Source of the DNA: Octopus vulgaris
Taxonomy: Eukaryota
Reading direction: 5' to 3'
NCBI GenBank assembly: GCA_951406725.2
Contig: OX597815.1
Location: forward strand, 200,570,001-200,634,000
Length of the DNA: 64,000 nt
Below, piece by piece: positions 11,300 through 24,725 of this stretch; the first letter of the stretch is position 1, and each line of letters opens with the position of its first letter. A program made the translations under genes and the position numbers. The notes beneath the pieces were generated by a model. That model was not told the origin of the DNA. It did no database searches and saw only the letters and a list, made by a program, of their open reading frames with translations.

Positions 11300-12900
11300 T
11301 GGTTTCCGGAATTACTCAATATCCTAGCGAAAAATGGGTTCCGCATGGATGAATTTCTCCTGAAAGATTTAACAAAAGGATGAAACATTTCACAATGATC
11401 CTAAGACCGATTAGGGGACATGGGATGTATTGAATTATATTTATGTTGCAACGAAGCTTAAATTTATGGACATCATAGAGTTGTTTCACTTGTAACGTAT
11501 TTCCGGTGACAAGGCACATATTTAAAATGGTTTAAGACACATCCTGTATTTATGCAGCAGTGAAACGTGTTTACTAACATCATAAGCATACATAGCATGT
11601 AACGCATATCCGGTGATAAGCTGCAATCACATAGATAAAAGACATTAAGAGACAACCTATATTCTTGCTGCAGCCAACCATATATTTAGTGATATAATAA
11701 GCATTACGTTGTTTGTAACGCAGTTCTGGTCAGCTTGACAGCTGGTTAATTCTCTTCATTATTAATCGTCATGATTTCCAACTAAACTTTTAGGAATCAA
11801 AAGGTGCAATCATTTCTGGTCAGTTGGACATATTGGTCAGTGCTTCCCTGATATATATTAATCAGCCTAGAACTTAATCCAAAGTATAGAAATCAAAATG
11901 TTTCAATGTAGCCGAATTCCTATTCTATTAAGGCAGTGTTAAGCCAATTTGACATCTATTGATATCTGTATATTTCCACATCCACAGAACAAAATTCAAT
12001 TTACTTGAAATTCCAACATGTAAGATATGCCAGAATTACAAAGGATAATAAAATAATGTCCTTCATTCTAAGCATGCAGAACAATACCATAAATATTCCT
12101 TCGATCTGTTGGTATTCAGCAATTACTTGCACTTTTTGTTTCACTTTCACTTCGCCTTTCTGTATTACTTCATTCGTGTTATATAACTTTTTTATATTTT
12201 TTAAATATTATTTTAATTAGAAATATTGAATTTCTAAATGTCTCAAGAGACATGAGCAGTGGTGGAGCGATAGAGTGGTTGTATACTGTCAACTTAATAT
12301 GACAGTCCTGTAAGGGAATTACACCACCACCGTTTAGCCCTAGGAAGCATCGACACTTCCTGTCGGCCTTGACACATTTCCTGTGTCCTTATATTTGAGA
12401 AGGGGACGCAAGCACCCCCACCAGCTAGGAAATGTGTCAAAGCCGACTGGAAGCGTCGATGCTTCCTAGGGCTAAACAGCGGTGTTGTAATTCCCTTACG
12501 GGACTGTCACGTTATGTTGACTTTATACAACCAAACTATTACTTTGTTTTCAACTTACAGATAATTAAAAAAAATATTATAAATTCTGTACGATATTCTT
12601 CGAATCTTGCAGCAACACTATCATTTAATATAATGAATTACATATTTTATCAATTTAATGCTTCACATTCATTTTTAAAAATAATTTGTTATATTCTTCC
12701 TTTATCACCTTCATTATTAAACTCACCCAACATCGTTCACAAGTTCACATTTCAAGTTCTTGTTTAAAGTTTAGTTCCCAACCTAGTACTTTCTTTCGAT
12801 CATCGGGCATTATACTGTTTTCATATACAAACATACCTAACCATACGTTTTTAATTGATAGAAGGAGACACAACTTAATGCGAATTAACTTGTCTCTAGG
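11300..12900 (-). pseudogene. Possible heavily decayed Penelope-like RT/GIY-YIG coding remnant
   Basis: Scattered minus-strand peptides resembling PLE motifs in the expected order: DRKKVLGWELNF, IPTDRRN, HFDFYTL, NVFYLCDCSLSP..TGCVLNHF; many stops and frameshifts. Confidence 0.35.
12272..12533. mobile_element. Fold-back copy of family B (sister of A), no HHR
   Basis: Imperfect arms 12276-12382 and 12427-12533; both match 13875-14028. Confidence 0.85.
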
Positions 12901-13769
12901 CTAGGCTAGGACGAATTTACGTATCTGTAAGCTAAAGTGATAATAACCATTTCCAGTTCTGTACTATATTTATGAATGCGTTTTCGATAATGCATGGTAA
13001 ATAAAACATATTTTAATACTGTCCAGTGAAAATAAAAGTAATTTAAATCTACGAATAGAATTTAATGATGTTTACTGTACATCGCACACATTTAATGAAT
13101 GCGGTTTGAAATAAGACATGGTAAAATAAATGCCTTTTTTAAGCTTAAAGAAATCAGTAATTGTTATTATTTTGCAATAGTAAAAAAAATATTATTTTAG
13201 ATTTACCAATATGTACATACAATTTAGCGCATATGTAGATGGCTGTGGATCGTCGACTTCACGAGCTTGTCTTTTGTAAAAAAAAATGAGTGAAATCCTC
13301 CTCATCCTAATCCATTTCCTGTGCTTTGCTCCTAGTCACCAACGTTTTATTGATGGCAACATTAAAATTAGTTCATCTTCCAGCGTTATAGCATGACGCT
13401 AAGGACTTTCACTATGAATTTTCTTTGGAGCGATGGGAGCAAAAAATAAAGTCACAAATAAATGGGAATGAGAAAGTAGACGATAAAGAGGCGTAAACAA
13501 ATCTGAATTTAAAACAATCGCGGGAATCACGAGTGACAACGACGCCTTACGGTAGATATTGCAACTACAGTGCAATATGAGCTCCGAACGAACGATAAAT
13601 ATGACAACACAGCTGATTTCATGATTTCGTTCACTAAGCTAGGTTACTTTATGGTGTGTATCTTAACATTTACTGTAAGTAATTTTAATATGATTTTATA
13701 TGCTTTTATTATTATTTATTGTACAGTAACATTATTTTAAGTGCTTTTAACGATTTATAAGCGATTTTT

Positions 13770-14025
13770 TGATTTTTGTGTCCTTTGGCAGGTATCTCAA
13801 CTAGCAGGACTTACTACCCTGGACTGATGACGGGCAAGACCCAGAAACATGCATGTCTTCAGGTTGCTAGTACTGGCTGATGGGAAGCTTGCCTCCCCTT
13901 CGCAAATATAAGGACACAGGAAATGTGTCAAAGCCGACAGGAAGCGTCGATGCTTCCTAGGGCTAAACAGCGGTGCTGGAATTCCCTTTACGGGGCTGTC
14001 AATTTATGTTGACAGTATACAACCA

Positions 14026-14028
<3 letters not shown>
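13770..14028 (+). mobile_element. HHR-bearing element, family B
   Basis: HHR followed by a hairpin domain homologous to family A; runs into (CT)n(TA)n; 5' boundary uncertain. Confidence 0.8.
13800..13871 (+). ncRNA. Type I hammerhead ribozyme with palindromic stem III
   Basis: cctgga-CTGATGA-cGGG(caaga)CCCa-GAAAC-ATGCAT-GTC-ttcagg; stem I extended by ACTAGCA/TGCTAGT beyond an internal loop. Confidence 0.9.
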
Positions 14029-14095
<67 letters not shown>

Positions 14096-14440
14096 TCACT
14101 CATTTAATGTGTTTCCCCATGCACGTCCGTCCGTCTTGGGCAGCAATATTTTGTCGTTGTGCACTGTATGATAAATTGTAGCGCTAAAATAAAACAATGC
14201 TGAACAGCTTAGACGTGTATCAACCTCTTTACTTCAAAATTCCTGGAAAGTATTTAATTCCTCTCACTTACAACATTCTACAGCTACCGGAATACAGTGT
14301 GATTACACCTCTATAATATTTCAAAAGTAATTATGACATTAAGCTAATGGTAATTTGGAAAATCGGTGGAATCGTTAGAGACCCAAAATATGCGTTAACT
14401 TGTTTCTTCTGAATCTTTACGTATTGACTTCAAATTTCGC

Positions 14441-14497
14441 CGCGTGAGGATTATATAAATGCATATTGATCATATGCATTTATATAATCCTCACGCG
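14441..14497. repeat. Perfect inverted repeat, 26-bp arms, 5-nt spacer
   Basis: CGCGTGAGGATTATATAAATGCATAT-tgatc-ATATGCATTTATATAATCCTCACGCG. Confidence 0.95.
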
Positions 14498-14569
14498 CCA
14501 GATTCGTGTAACGAACCTACGAAAATAAGTTGTATGGAGCCAATGCACACTGTTATTAAATACTAATTT

Positions 14570-15378
14570 GGGGAGCCCAAATGGTGGGAGAAAATGTAGA
14601 GAAATGACAGGTGAGTCAGTTGTTGTTTGCTGATGATACAGCACGGGCGGCGAATTCGGAAGAGCAACTTAGGAGACTGTTGGTAGAGTATGGAAGAGTG
14701 TGTGAGAGAAGGAAACTGAAAGTGGATGTAGCTAAGAGCAAGGTGGTGAGATGTTAGAGAGATGGAATGGCTGGTAGGATAGATGTGAATATAAATGGTG
14801 AGTGTTTTTAAGTATCTGGGATCACATGCGACGCGATATGCGGGTGTTGGCAGAGGAAGTGGGATATAAAGTGACGGAGGGGACTAAAATACTTGGAGTT
14901 GTGAAAGGTATTCTGAGAGATAAACGGTTGAGTATGAAAGCGAAATGACCTGTGTACGAGAGAGTGATTGTGATGACAATGTTATATGGTACAGAGATCT
15001 GGAGCTGAGATAGGCGGAAAGGAGGCGATTAGTTGTTTGAGATGAGATGTTTGAGGGATATGATTGGTGTGACACAGATGGATAAGATGAGGAATGAGGA
15101 GGGGCGAAAGGGAGCAGGAACAAGTGAAAAACTAACAACCAAACTGGATAGACGAATGTTGAAGTGGTTTGGTCATATGGAGAGAATGGAGGAGGAGTGA
15201 ATGGTAAGGAGTGCGATAAAGGCAGAAGTGGTAGGCAGTAGAATCAGTAGCAGACCTCGGTTTGTGTGGATGGATAGAGTGAGGAAAGCCTTGGTGGTTA
15301 GAGGTATTAGAGTGAGAGAGGCAAGAGAGTTTATAAATGATAGGAAAGCTTGGAGAGTGTTTGTGACAGATGAGTGAA
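14570..15378 (+). pseudogene. Decayed RTE-clade LINE 3' fragment
   Basis: VSQLLFADDTA..SEEQLRRLL..RVCERRKLKVDVAKSKV; LKWFGHMERM..RPRFVWMD..DRKAWR; frameshifts and stops. Confidence 0.9.
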
Positions 15379-15689
15379 TTCGATGTTGCTCAAACGGGTA
15401 CGGAACCAGCATAATGCGGCAGGGTTAAACCAGTAAATGCTGTGGGTTCTGTTGTTGATAGTGAGGGTTGCATTCTATGTCTTGATCTGAGCATAGAACG
15501 GTGGTCACCTCTTTCACCTGGGAATTGAATGGAATGCCTAGTGTGTGTTATGTGGCTATCTCGAAACAAAAAAAAACATGGGGAATCGGTCTGAGGATAT
15601 ATATATATATGATAAGAAAAGGTATTTTTATGTAATTTTGGCAAATATAAGAGGTTTCATCAATAATAATACGGACTGTTGTTATAGTA

Positions 15690-16450
15690 ACGGAGCTAAA
15701 ACACGTAGAGTTTACAGTAGTACTTGGGGGATAAAGTGTATAGGGTGTGATCGTCGCATTGACCATGACAGAAAAAGTTGTTATGGCGATACCTTCACAG
15801 AGGTTACGCAAGTTTCAGAATGTACATGGATAAAAGTGTGTGAGCTGCGCAAAAAGTGTACGAGTGGTTCAGGCGTTTCGAAGAAGGCCGTAAAAAATGT
15901 GGATATTGACGACCGTTCTGCGAGACCCGCAACTAGCTGAACTGAGAAAAGCATCGCAGATGTGCGTGCAACTGTGTGGAGAAATCGTCGAATCATCATC
16001 TGTGTGTTATTATATATGCAGATTAATTACCGCTCAGTTTAGACTATTATCACTAAGGATTTGGGTATGAAACGCCTGTCTGCCAAGTTTGTGCCAAAAC
16101 TGCTTTCAGCTAACCAAAGAGTCATTCGGGTTTCAATTGCACAAGATCTTGATTGTGTCAAGCACGATGAAATCGTTTTGAAAACTTTGTATAGGCCTCT
16201 GAGAAGGCATCGCCAAGCTTTTGGCAAAAATTGATGTAGATTCTCTTCTCAGCTTTCTCTGCCATTGTCAATTTGACGATTACACACTATACACCTTCCG
16301 TCCAAGCACTACACTAGACACTGGAAATGAGCTGCAACGTTAAAATTTAGTTCACATCCAGGGGTCAAGGTCAATCTATGCCAAACGGCTCCACCCTCTG
16401 TGCTTTGGCGTTCTTTACTATAGCAACATACCAGATACTTATTAGGTATC
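15690..16450 (+). mobile_element. Internally deleted mariner derivative with long inverted ends
   Basis: DDRSARPATS..IITKDLGMKRLSAKFVPKLL; 15736-15780 is an imperfect inverted copy of 16250-16293. Confidence 0.8.
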
Positions 16451-16988
16451 TGTTAAAATGAGATGACTGTTATTTTCATTTTTGCGTAATTTAGCGGACA
16501 ATATGTCCATCGCACGCTGTACTGTGTCAGAGCTGGTTTTGAAAAGAATCCTACCTGATTGTTGTGTCGACAGCCATCTCGTACACGCACGCAAACACAC
16601 TCTCTCTCTCTCTCTCACACACACATATAGACCCATATAGACACACACTCAGAAGCTCACAAACACGCACACACGGGAACACAGGCACATACACATGAGT
16701 ACCTTAGCCGAAACCACGCTGATTATAATGGACATCTGACTTGACGATCGTTTGTTGTGCCGTGTTATGAAAGAAATGTTAAATTAGTCTGGCATCGGTA
16801 GACCGAATACTTTCACATATGCGTGTGTTTGTGTGTGTGTTGATATATGCATTCATATCGATATTTCCATATCTATACCTACCTATTTATACATATAAAT
16901 ACGCACGCACACATATATATATAAGTATGTGTGTATATATATATATATATTCATATACATATACATATACATACATATATACATACAT

Positions 16989-17041
<53 letters not shown>

Positions 17042-17875
17042 GGTATGTATGTATGTATGTATGTATGTATGTATGAACGTATGTGTGCGTGTGTTTCTGT
17101 GTGTTCGTTTGAATGTATCTTACCGGGAGAATTGATTTTAAAGTCTGAGCACATCAATGTATTAAAAATGAATAACAGTCGTGTGAACCCCGGTGACTCA
17201 CGGCAGTTGTAATATTCTGTAATGCTGTGAGTTGCTATTGAAAACGTCGCATGCATCAAAACGGTCTTTCTCACAATTTATCAGAATGAATTTATATATA
17301 TGCAAGCTAGTAGTTAACGCTTCTTGTTAAGTCATGCAGTTACCAAAATATGGAAATATTTTTCTCTCCGAAAGTGAAATAGTATTAAAAATGCATACCT
17401 TGTCGTGCGGATGTCACTACAGGAATCATATCCAGATTGCATAAAATCTCAAATCATCCATTTAAAAGTCGGCAAACACAACGGCCATATCCGTCATGTC
17501 CATCTTTAAAAAAAAAAAAAGCTTTGACACTAAATATTTTGCGATATCGGGCGAGGATGTTACTGTAGAGCATTATTGCTTAGAGTAAAATAAATTCAGA
17601 ATCAATGCGGGATTCATCTCTTAGCTGAAATATTATCGTCGAATTATATACTCTTCTCTTTAGAAGTGTGTTACTTTGGATAATACCAGCTCAAGACTCT
17701 ATGCACAAAAGGAATGAGAAGATATTCAAATCTGGAATATTTTTGACCACTAGTCTGTGTAATCAGTTCTAACTTGATAATGACTAATTCGAATTAGTCA
17801 TATTTCTGTCCAAAGAAGGAAACGAAATCAAGAATATTATTTCCATGACCAGTTTAAATTAAACTATTTATTGTG

Positions 17876-18082
17876 TACTCTTTACTTGTTTCAGTCATTT
17901 GACTGCGGCCATGCTGGAGCACCTACTTTAGTCGAGGAAATCGACCCCAGGACATATTCTTTGGAAGCCTAGTGCTTATTTTATCGGCCACTTATGCCGA
18001 ACCGCTAAGTTACGGTGACGTAATCATACGATCATCGGTTGTCAAGCGATGTTGTAGGCAGAAATACAGACACAAAAAACAT

Positions 18083-18169
<87 letters not shown>

Positions 18170-18356
18170 GTATACGATATATACATATATATACGACGGG
18201 CTTCTTTCAGTTTCCATCTACCAAATCCACTCACAAGGCTTTGGTCGGCCCGAGGCTATAGTAGAAGACACTTGCCCAAGGTGCTACGCAGTGGGACTGA
18301 ATCCAGAACCATGTGATTCGTGAGCAAGCTACTTACCACACCAGCTACCCCTACGC
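17876..18356 (-). mobile_element. SINE S1 copy
   Basis: Reverse complement of 2358-2784. Confidence 0.9.
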
Positions 18357-19254
18357 TATGTCAGTCATATTCGGTAATGTTTTCGGAATTTCAAACCAAA
18401 TGCGCTCCAATCCGCAATATGTATATAGTTACACGAGATATCCTTCAACTTTTGATGCTGCGTATTCCTTACATGTAAACCAGAATGTGTATAGATAGAG
18501 AAATCCAGAAAATGAATCCATGCCTACCAAGTAGATTAGAGTTCTTAGCTCTTAATCAACGACTGTATTCAGCGTCCTATTGTTCCGTAGGTGAGCTAGG
18601 TAATGGAAATTAGGAGCTCATATCATAATACCTTAAGAGCCGTCGGCTTAATATTCTTTGTTAATTAAGAACTTCTACAGATTGTTCAATTTATTGTTCA
18701 TTTCTGTGATACGCTTAAATCGGAGGTTCTAAAAGCCCAGCATGTGAAGTGAATCTATTAGTCGTCTAATCATGCAGTGTTTAAAGCACTTAATTTCCTA
18801 GATAAGAATACGAATAGGAGTTGGTTGCGCAGATAACGAGTTAAGTGCTGTAGTTTATCTCTGTATGTGACTTGATATCGTGAACAGTCAAAATATATAC
18901 TCTAGTTCAAGTGAAACGAACAAGTATTCTCTTAAGAAGGGCAATGACTGTTATGAGATTTCCCTTGGCATGGGTAACTTTATGAGAGAAAATATACTCC
19001 CGTAGATTTAATAAACGTATCGGTCATAATATTTAGCAAGTTACTGAATTTCACAACCATACCAACAAGGCTGGAATGTTCCATAATGAGTAAATCAACT
19101 GGGATAAGAATTGTACAATGAATGTGTTGGCGTATTATGATATAATTGATCTCAGAACACTTTGACAATATCATCGAAGTATGATGTTTGTACCACTGGT
19201 TATACAGAGATATGTACACAGGCCGTGCTTAAGAAGACGCTTCAAGTCAAGTGA

Positions 19255-19695
19255 AGTCGCAGTCGTGGTTGATGTCAGTGTCATGTAATTGGCACCAATA
19301 CCGGTGACACGTAAAACGAACCGTTCGAACGGTGGCAATGACAAGTGACCAATACCTTTCGTGATACACCATACTTTCGAAGACCTGTCTAGCCAAGTGA
19401 GATCGTAGCCGTAGCGGATGTCGGTGTTACGTAACTGATACCTGTGCCAGTGTGACACGTAAAAGGCACCCACTACACGCTTAGTGTGGTTGTCGTCAGG
19501 AGGGGAATCCAGCCACAGAAACCATGTAAAATCAGAATGGAACCTAGTGTAGCTCCCCAGCTTACAAGTTTTGTGTCAAACCATCCAACCTATGGCAGAA
19601 TAGAAAGCGGACGTTAAATGACGATGATGATGATGATGATAATGCTGATAATGATGATGATGATGATGATGATGATGACGATGATGATGATGATA
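19255..19695 (+). mobile_element. Non-coding retroposon fragment with (GAT)n tail (probably RTE-dependent)
   Basis: Internally duplicated GTGACACGTAAAA block; ends CGGACGTTAAATGACGATGATGAT.., the same tail type as the RTE at 29155-30000. Confidence 0.65.
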
Positions 19696-19749
19696 TGCAC
19701 ACGTAAAGAAAATGATAAGACACATACTACCAAACAATGTTATTATAAA

Positions 19750-20022
19750 CTAGCAGTATCGCCCGGCGTTGCTCGGATTTGTAAGGGAAATAATTATATA
19801 AGCATTTTTAGAGAGTTATAGCCAAAAAATGCATTAAAAATGGAGAAAAAAAATTATGGTAATTTTTTTTAAAAATCGTTGACTCATCGTAGACATTTTT
19901 AGAGAGTCACTTCCCTTAGATAATAGACCCGGTTTTGGTTAAACTGCACCGCAAAATGTGGGAGTAGTTAGGAATCTAAATCGTAGGAGACAGACACACA
20001 ACTTCTCTTTTATATATAAAGA
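19750..20022 (-). mobile_element. Non-autonomous Helitron, copy 1 (short)
   Basis: Minus strand starts TCTTTATATATAAAAG, ends with a GC-rich hairpin then CTAG, inserted between A and T, no TSD. Confidence 0.9.
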
Positions 20023-20889
20023 TTAATACAAATCAATGGATTTTACTTTTACTATATACTTGAATATTTCGAGTCTAGGGCCTCTTGTTCTGGAAATATC
20101 TGGAGAAATAATTTTGTCGGCTCATATATTTAGTTTCCTAAGTAAATATATCTAAAGTGCAAGTGATAATATTGCTGTATGAAAGATATTTAGAATTCGT
20201 TGAATTATGTTGACGAGAAAATGTAAATTAATTAAAATATTCCTGAAGGAAGGAGGAATAAGAAAACATAATTGCATAGAGAATCGTCATAACGACAAGG
20301 CATTTAGAAAGGAAGCTCAATGGAGAATTAACTCTTGAGGTGATATTGAAAATGTGAATTTTGTTTTGGTAAATCTGGAAAGCAATGGGAATTGATTCCA
20401 GACTCGACTTACCTCCGGCAGCATAATATGTTCGAACATGGCGATGCAAAAATAGATAAAAAAGCATTCTATTTCTGGATAAACTTAATGAATAAAGCAA
20501 AATAAAATAACTCAAAATAATCATTAAACTGTATAACTTTTAGTTTAATGACCTGAAAAGGAGCTACGTACTGAATAATTTATACAAAAAATTGGTTTAT
20601 TACACTTCTGGTCAGATTTTTAGTGTAACCTCTTCGTATTAATTCACCCTGCAATTTGTCCAACACACAGACACCCCCCTCCCATACACACACAAACACA
20701 CAGATACAGACTCAGACACACAAACGCACAAGGATCTTGAAAAACTCGAAGTAGCATAAGTAATATATATATATGCTTCTGTGTGTGTGTGTGTGTGTAT
20801 AGACATACACAAACATTTGTAAACCGCAATGAAAAGCACCGAATATTGAGCTGTAATCTGAGATTATTAAGTGTGTGTATGTGTGTGTC

Positions 20890-20942
<53 letters not shown>

Positions 20943-21239
20943 GTGTGTGTGTGTCTGAGTGTATGTTTAGGGATGTTCCCAGAGTTTTCTGAATATAGAT
21001 AGAAAGAAAACTGAGAGAAAATGCTCGACGGATTTTCAATAATTGGGCACAGAGTCGCAGCAATCCAATAAATACGAGTAGTAATCGTACTGTACGGATA
21101 CAACATACTTATACTGTGTTTGGTATATTGTTATGCAAGAATAAAAGTACGTCTTTTTTCCCCCCGTAAAACTAATGCCGCAAAACTCATGTAAAATTCC
21201 TGTGTGTGAGATGTGACATCACCCATTGTGCGCATGGGT

Positions 21240-21590
21240 GAAAGCTTTCGACTGCTACGACCACTGTACAGACCTCTAGATTTCAACAAACTCATCGAGC
21301 AGAGCTATTGTATCCATTCAGACGATTTGGCTTGCATTTGGTGTTTATACTGTGGACAAATCTTAGACGAAGGAGTGATATAAACGCACTTCAATAGAGA
21401 ACTAAGCACGCTCAGGCAGGCAATCGACAATCTGAAAGGAGAGGCCAATTGGGAAGGTTCAGTGAATAGTCATAGAAGACAGTCGTGTAACAATCCAGGA
21501 ATTTTCTCACGAAGTAGGATATGTACAGGATCAGTGGATTCTATATTAACAGAGGATTTTTGTATGCGGGGTGTCGGCGATATTTTGACC
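21240..21590 (+). pseudogene. Decayed mariner transposase N-terminal fragment
   Basis: RSGRQSTI..IVIEDSRVTIQEFSHEVG..GSVDSILTEDFCMR resembles the mariner RSGRP..EDRRLTIRE..GSVQSILTEDLGMR pattern. Confidence 0.7.
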
Positions 21591-21659
21591 CAGGGTGATG
21601 GTCGTTATTTTATGGCATATTTCGGCCTATGCCAACTCATTCCAAAGCCAATGAGATAC

Positions 21660-21675
21660 ATCCTCCTCCTCGTCA

Positions 21676-21709
<34 letters not shown>

Positions 21710-21713
21710 GCTA

Positions 21714-21765
<52 letters not shown>

Positions 21766-21998
21766 TGTTGCTGCTGCTACTACTACTACTACTATTACTC
21801 CCCCTACTCCTCCTCCACCACCACCACCACCACCACCACCTCCTCCTCCTCATCATCATCATCATAATCATCATTATCATCATCGTCATCCTCTTCCTCT
21901 TCATTATCATCAACGTCTTCTTCTTCTTTTTCTCCTCGTTTTTTTCGTCGTCATCCGCTTCTCCTACATTTACTTCATCATCGTCGTCGTCTTCTTCT

Positions 21999-22051
<53 letters not shown>

Positions 22052-22120
22052 TTTTTTTCTCTACCTCCTGCTCTTACCCCTTCTTTCCCTTGTCTTCCCC
22101 TTCGCCATCATCACTCTTCT
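21660..22120. repeat. Compound trinucleotide microsatellite (CTC/CTA/CTG/CAC/CAT/CTT/TCG)
   Basis: Direct reading. Confidence 0.95.
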
Positions 22121-22203
22121 GCTGTTTTTCTTTTTATCATTAAAACATTACTTATTTAATTAAAGAGAATTCCCTTCATATATATCGTACTTTCGTTTCT
22201 ATT

Positions 22204-22256
22204 CCTTGTGAGTGGATTTGGTAGACGGAAACTGAAAGAAGCCTGTCGTATATATG

Positions 22257-22317
<61 letters not shown>

Positions 22318-22525
22318 CTGTGTTTGTCCCCCTAGAATTGCTTGACAACCGATGCTGGTGTGTCAAAGTCCCCGTCACTTAGCGGTTCGGCAAAAAAACC
22401 CCGATAGAATAAGTACTGAGCTTACAAAGAATAAGTCCCGGGGTCGATTTGCTCGACTACAAAGGCGGTGCTCCAGCATGGCCGCAGTCAAATGGCTGAA
22501 ACAAGTAAAATAAAGAATGAAAAGA
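22204..22525 (+). mobile_element. SINE S1 copy, 5'-truncated
   Basis: Matches 2470-2784. Confidence 0.9.
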
Positions 22526-23299
22526 ATTATGCTATCTCCCAATCAGTTTTACCAATCATTTACATACTTCAGTAATTCAATCAGGAAATATGCCATTGAT
22601 TATATACTTGATGCGTAACTTAAACCCAAACTTATATATCCAGAATACAAGACCGTCTATCACCAGTCAAAACCCAGACTGGCCGGAAGACCCTTTCACT
22701 CTTTTGGTCGTAAAAATAAATTTAATACAATCCCTATATATTTTTGGTCCTTTTTTCAGATAATTCTGTTACAAAAGGGAAATGCATAATTTTCTGTGTG
22801 CCTGGATTTGTGTTTGTGAGCATGTGTACATGCATGCATGCATATATACATACACACAAACATATATACATATCTATTTAGCACACACATACACATGTGT
22901 GATTGTGCGTCCTTGTTTTCGCGTGTAAATATGTTTTTGCATTTGCGTGTGTTTGTGTCTATCGTAGCAAATGTTGTTCACAGCTTATAACTTATTTCTT
23001 TGCTCATCAAAATTTAACGCTCCCGTGCGTTCGTTCCGGCGACGAACGCAGGCAAGCGTTAAATTCGATGCAGCGAAGAATGAACAATCATCTTAGAAAT
23101 AATACACACATACATATACACACATACACACATACACACACACACACACGAATACACACACACAAAAGCATACACAAATAGACATATGTACGTACATTGA
23201 CTTGTATGTGTATATATTTATGTGCGATATGTACGTATACCATATGTATACACACTCGCAGACACACACACACACATATATACATATATACATACATAT

Positions 23300-23363
<64 letters not shown>

Positions 23364-23368
<5 letters not shown>

Positions 23369-23446
23369 ACTCACCCAACAAGAACACACTACTTGAACAC
23401 AACTGGATACAACTCACCCAACAAGAACTCACTACTTGAACAAAAC
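23364..23446. repeat. Tandem duplication, ~43-bp unit x2
   Basis: ATACAACTCACCCAACAAGAACWCACTACTTGAACA twice. Confidence 0.9.
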
Positions 23447-23558
23447 TTGACTTAAACAGGATTCGAATAATCCTATCAGGTGGTGCTATTAAGTTAGACA
23501 TGGCCTGGACCAATCTCTGGTCGAAACATATCTAAGTTTTATCTAAGTTTTATATATA

Positions 23559-23609
<51 letters not shown>

Positions 23610-24690
23610 GCATATACATACATACATACATACAGATATATAGTTTGATACATAGGTAGGTAGATAGATAGATAGATAAATAGATAGATAGATGGATAGA
23701 TAGATAGATACATTTCTATGAACGTGTATATATATATGTGCATACATACACATCTATATATACAAATATATACACACATATGTTGGACCATATGTGTACG
23801 TGCCTGCCATCTTACATCATTCGGCTTTACAATATATTTTAAATTCAAAGTAATCTTGAGCTACAAATAGTTTAATCAATATATCGCAGTTATGTAGTAT
23901 CTCATCGTATAAACTTACATAGAATTGCATCCAAATCTGTTTGGAATTGAAATAAGTGATTAAATATATTAAACCATTAGGATACCGGAAATTTGTGTAT
24001 TGATATATTTAAGAATGTAACGTAATAATATAAGGAGAAAAAGACGTTGGGAATCTAATCTAATCCGGCAGGAAATAAATGCTTTATCAACCACATAACA
24101 GGGAATTAAAATAATAGTCTCCAGCCAAATAATTTTAAAGATGTGTATTGAATTATTCGCTTCAATACTTGTCATCGTCGTATGAACTTCAATTTGGATA
24201 CAACCGGAATATAAATTATAGAGGCGGATATATATTTCTCCGGCAATTATATAACTGATTATGTTATAGAAATTTTTTTTTTTTTGTTGGGGCGTAATCT
24301 CGTGTATATGAAATTTCCAGCACAGCTGAAGGCGAGAATTTCATTTACGAGCTCGTTGCCGTTTAATATAAAAAAAAAAAGTGTTTTTAGTCCTTCTGGC
24401 TATTTACATTTCAGAAGATAAAATGTGGATGCATATGAGAAAATAATCAAACATGGAAACCTCGGCGCAGGGAAAAATGCAGCACAGAGGAAAAAAAAAA
24501 AGTTTGAAGTTTATATTCATATACGCATATTGTATTCCTTTAAACTGCCTCACACGCACACAGACAAAGACAAACACACACACACACGCACACATAAACA
24601 CGCTCACATACATTCAGCTACACATATGTACATATAGTTACACGTATATATATACGTATACATATATGTATATATATATATATATATAGG

Positions 24691-24725
<35 letters not shown>

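Noticed and set aside
21462-22163. 233-aa and 176-aa overlapping ORFs
   Set aside because: A mariner remnant running into trinucleotide repeats; homopolymeric peptides only
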